DNA of 64,000 nt, from positions 160,001-224,000 of the forward strand of contig OZ241986.1 in the NCBI GenBank assembly GCA_965204375.1. The letters run 5' to 3'. A program made the translations under genes and the position numbers. Numbering within the stretch: position 1 is the stretch's first letter; each line of letters begins with the position of its first letter. The DNA comes from Candidatus Latescibacterota bacterium (GTDB lineage Bacteria; Latescibacterota; UBA2968). Shown here one piece after another: positions 60,992-64,000 of the stretch. The notes beneath the pieces are model-generated. The model did no database searches. It saw nothing but the letters and a program-made list of their open reading frames with translations, and was not told the DNA's origin.

Positions 60992-61077
60992 GTTTGACTG
61001 ACCAATCACTAAGGCCGAATATACTCGCGTAGCTTAAAAAAACAGCCCGTCCAAAAAGTTGGATGGGCTGTCTTTTT
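60992..61077 (+). terminator. Bidirectional terminator within the right copy of the hsdR-end direct repeat
   Basis: AAAAAAACAGCCCGTCCAA-aaag-TTGGATGGGCTGTCTTTTT. Confidence 0.8.
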
Positions 61078-61096
61078 GCTTGTATCACTGAAGGGG

Positions 61097-61420
61097 CTAT
61101 TTGATAGCGAGTTCTTCGTCTTCTTCTTCCAGATATACAGTTTCCTGAAAGGGGTCGCGGTCGAGGCGGTCGCCCAGGATAACGGTTAGCACGGCACCGC
61201 CTGCAAATGCGGTTATGAATCGCGCACCGGAAAAGAAGGCGATGGCTGCAGCTATGAGGCTGTTGCTGATTACAGCGGTGATTATGAGGTCATCTGTCTC
61301 GGGTGTTCTGTGGCGTTTGCGATAGGGTTTATCGAATAGCATGCGGAGGGCATTGCCAGCTACTGTGCCGGTCAGGGCGAAGGCTATGAGCAAAATTATG
61401 GAAAATAGTCGAAAGATCAT
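61097..61420 (-). CDS. Small hypothetical membrane protein
   Basis: Three hydrophobic segments and an acidic tail; 4-bp overlap with the upstream gene. Confidence 0.6.
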   Translation of the reverse strand: MIFRLFSIILLIAFALTGTVAGNALRMLFDKPYRKRHRTPETDDLIITAVISNSLIAAAIAFFSGARFITAFAGGAVLTVILGDRLDRDPFQETVYLEEEDEELAIK

Positions 61421-61821
61421 GGAGTGTCCTTATCAAATCCGCCTTCACGCGCCTGGCGGGTCATTTCCTGGATAAGTTTGGGGGCGGGGTCTTCCCATCC
61501 TTCGGGTTTGAGTATTTTGCCGTCTTCTCGGCGAATGACTTTTCCATTTACGACTTTTTGCATGTTTGCATTGTGGACGATGTCGAAAAGTGGGTCGAGG
61601 TTGATGCCGTTGCGTACGGCGAAATCACAGATGTAGTAAATTGCATCGACGAGCGCGTCAGCCTGTTCTGTGACGGTTTGCGCGTCCATTAATTCGTCCA
61701 TTTCATCGTTGACCATTTCTCGTATGAATGCGATGCCTTCTGCTGTCATGTTTTGCGGATGTGCTGGCAGGTCGTCGTTACAGGCCATTGTAAATTCGCG
61801 CACTTGAGCGGTGTATCCCAT
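61417..61821 (-). CDS. MazG-like/all-alpha NTP pyrophosphohydrolase
   Basis: DEMDEL, ADALVDAIYY, FDIVHNANMQK, REDGKILKPEGW; GGGAG RBS precedes ATG 61821. Confidence 0.8.
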   Translation of the reverse strand: MGYTAQVREFTMACNDDLPAHPQNMTAEGIAFIREMVNDEMDELMDAQTVTEQADALVDAIYYICDFAVRNGINLDPLFDIVHNANMQKVVNGKVIRREDGKILKPEGWEDPAPKLIQEMTRQAREGGFDKDTP

Positions 61822-62060
61822 GCGTACTCCCGGTGATAAAGTAAGATGTAGAAGGTGAGACGTCCCCAGCCCCCAGTCCCCAGCCTCCAATTACTATTGT
61901 TCAGTAGAAATTACTCTGATTGAGATAGCTATGCAACACAATGTTTATACGGTTTATTTGGTTACGCGTTTTTGGTCTTTGACTTTTGGGCGTTGCGTCT
62001 ATATTTTTTGGCGCGATATTTTGTTGGCAGGTGACTATGACGTGAAAGGATTTTCATTAT

Positions 62061-63287
62061 ATGGCGAGTATTAATGCAAATTACGACAAATTGGCTGCGG
62101 GATATTTGTTTCCCGAGATTGCGCGGCGGACACAGGTTTTTCTCGATGCGCATCCAGAGGTGTCCGTGATGCGGTTGGGTATTGGTAATACGACCGAGCC
62201 GCTGACGAAGAGCGTGATTGCCGGTTTGCACGATGCGGTGGATCAGATGGCGCGTGTGGAGACGTATCGCGGCTATGCCGATGGTGGAGAGGGCGAGCCT
62301 GAGATGCGGGAAGCTCTGGCGAAGCGCTATGCAAAGTACGGAGTTGATCTCGATGCGTCTGAGGTTTTTGTGAGCGATGGTGCCAAGTCGGATTCGGCGA
62401 ATATCCAGTCGATTTTTGGTATGGATAATGTGATTGCTGTGCAGGATCCGGCATATCCGGTATATGTCGATAGCAATGTGATTGCCGGACGGACGGGCGA
62501 GGCGGTGAACGATCAGTACGAGGGACTGGTTTATATGCCGTGTACTGAGGAGAATGGTTTTATGCCCGAGGTGCCAGATGAAAAGGTGGATTTGATCTAT
62601 ATTTGCAGCCCGAATAATCCAACGGGTGCTGTGGCAACGCGAGCGCAGTTGCAGGCGTTTGTGGATTATGCAATAGAACACAGGGCGGTGATTATTTATG
62701 ATGCGGCTTATGCCGGGTACATTTCGGATGCGGCTTTGCCGCGAACGATTTACGAGGTTGAGGGGGCAAAGTCCTGCGCGATTGAGATCAATAGTTTTTC
62801 CAAAGATACCGGGTTTACAGGTGTGCGCCTGGGATGGACGATTGTGCCGATGGATCTGGTGGTAGAAGACGCAGAGGCGGGCAAGTTGAATACGCTGTGG
62901 GGCAGGCGTCAAAATACGTTTTTTAATGGTGCTTCGAATATTGTGCAATTGGGTGCTTTGTCGGTGTTTACAGAAGAAGGCGAGCGAGAATGCCAGGAGA
63001 TGATTGCGTATTATATGGAGAATGCGCGCATTATTCGGGCGGGACTGAGAAATATTGGGTTGACGGTTTTCGGCGGTGTTCACGCGCCCTATTTGTGGCT
63101 CAAGACACCGAATAGCATGTCGTCGTGGGACTTTTTTGACAAGTTGTTGTCAGAAGCCCATGTTGTGGGGACGCCCGGGTCGGGTTTTGGGCCTGCTGGC
63201 GAAGGTTATTTTCGTTTGAGTTCGTTTGGTCATCGAGAAGATGTCGAGCGGGCAGTGGCGAGTATTCAGGTGAATTTGAAAATTTGA
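62061..63287 (+). CDS. dapL: LL-diaminopimelate aminotransferase
   Basis: GYLFPEIARR, LGIGNTTEP, VSDGAKSD, YPVYVDSN, CSPNNPTG, SFSKDTGFTGVRLG, TPGSGFG. Confidence 0.95.
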   Translation: MASINANYDKLAAGYLFPEIARRTQVFLDAHPEVSVMRLGIGNTTEPLTKSVIAGLHDAVDQMARVETYRGYADGGEGEPEMREALAKRYAKYGVDLDASEVFVSDGAKSDSANIQSIFGMDNVIAVQDPAYPVYVDSNVIAGRTGEAVNDQYEGLVYMPCTEENGFMPEVPDEKVDLIYICSPNNPTGAVATRAQLQAFVDYAIEHRAVIIYDAAYAGYISDAALPRTIYEVEGAKSCAIEINSFSKDTGFTGVRLGWTIVPMDLVVEDAEAGKLNTLWGRRQNTFFNGASNIVQLGALSVFTEEGERECQEMIAYYMENARIIRAGLRNIGLTVFGGVHAPYLWLKTPNSMSSWDFFDKLLSEAHVVGTPGSGFGPAGEGYFRLSSFGHREDVERAVASIQVNLKI

Positions 63288-63296
63288 GGTGAAGAG

Positions 63297-64000
63297 ATGA
63301 CGCGATCCAATCCAAATATTATTTTTATTCTGGCAGATGATATGGGCTATGGAGATCTGGCGTGCCAGAATATAGAGTCTAAAATTCCAACGCCCAATCT
63401 GGACAGGTTGGCGTCACAGGGGGTGCGTTTTACCGATGCCCACGCGCCGTCCAGCGTTTGTACGCCAGCGCGTTATGCGATTCTTACGGGGCGGTATTCG
63501 TGGCGTACTCGGTTACAAGGCGGCGTGTTGTGGCCCTGGGATCCGCCTTTGATTGATCCGGGCCGAACGACGGTGGCGACATTGCTGCGAGATCAGGGGT
63601 ATCGCACGGCCTGTATTGGGAAGTGGCATCTGGGATGGAACTGGGAGACAAAGGATGGACGTGCGGCCTATGAGGGCGCAGAATACGGGGTGCTGGGCAG
63701 GGATCAGCGGTATGAATTGGGTAAGAATATCGATTTTAGTAAGCCGGTCACTGGCGGTCCTGTAGAATGTGGATTTGATTATTACTTTGGCGATGATGTG
63801 CCCAATTTTCCGCCTTATACCTGGTTTGAAAATGATCGGCTGGTGGATGCGCCAGTTGAGGAGAAGCCCGAGGAGATGTTTGGGACGCCCGGAGCTATGG
63901 CGCCGGGATGGTCGCTTGAGGCGGTGATGCCCGAGTTGACCCGACGCGCGGTTCAATATATTGAGGCGGCGGATGATCAACCGTTTTTTTTGTATTTCCC
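63297..64000 (+). CDS. Arylsulfatase (3'-truncated by window edge; absent from the ORF track)
   Basis: ATG 63297 reads MTRSNPNIIFILADDMGYGDL...TPNLDRLA...APSSVCTPARYAILTGRY...GKWHLG; GAGGTG RBS. Confidence 0.9.
   Translation, partial: MTRSNPNIIFILADDMGYGDLACQNIESKIPTPNLDRLASQGVRFTDAHAPSSVCTPARYAILTGRYSWRTRLQGGVLWPWDPPLIDPGRTTVATLLRDQGYRTACIGKWHLGWNWETKDGRAAYEGAEYGVLGRDQRYELGKNIDFSKPVTGGPVECGFDYYFGDDVPNFPPYTWFENDRLVDAPVEEKPEEMFGTPGAMAPGWSLEAVMPELTRRAVQYIEAADDQPFFLYF

Overview
Bacterial chromosomal window of about 50% GC. Housekeeping and metabolic genes (ilvC, ahcY, metF, xth, tldD/pmbA, rsmB, sat, moaC/moeA, rng/rne, rplU/rpmA, mdh, dapL, sulfatases, tRNA-Lys) surround two defence loci. The first is a complete type I-B CRISPR-Cas system (cas6-cas8b-cas7-cas5-cas3-cas4-cas1-cas2 plus a 39-repeat array). 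It is bracketed by an intact AAA-ATPase/PD-(D/E)XK gene and a decayed copy of that gene's 5' end. The second is a type I restriction-modification locus (hsdM, hsdS, hsdR) interleaved with cargo: three Schlafen/AlbA_2-HATPase-wHTH genes, a 1280-aa Cap4-like nuclease-STAND NTPase, a DUF6978/DUF1828-like pair, DUF433/PIN toxin-antitoxin parts, and two phased arrays of 11-bp repeats. The best novelty candidates are: (i) an XRE-HTH/degenerate nucleotidyl-cyclase regulator heading ahcY-metF, preceded by three tandem CAAY-N9-ATTG palindromes; (ii) the nuclease-STAND protein; (iii) the AlbA genes followed by 11-bp repeat arrays of 132-bp and 79-bp period; and (iv) antitoxin-derived chimeras (BrnA-like segment on HsdR; DUF433 with a Phd-like tail). 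All family assignments come from motifs recognised by eye, and no database search was run.
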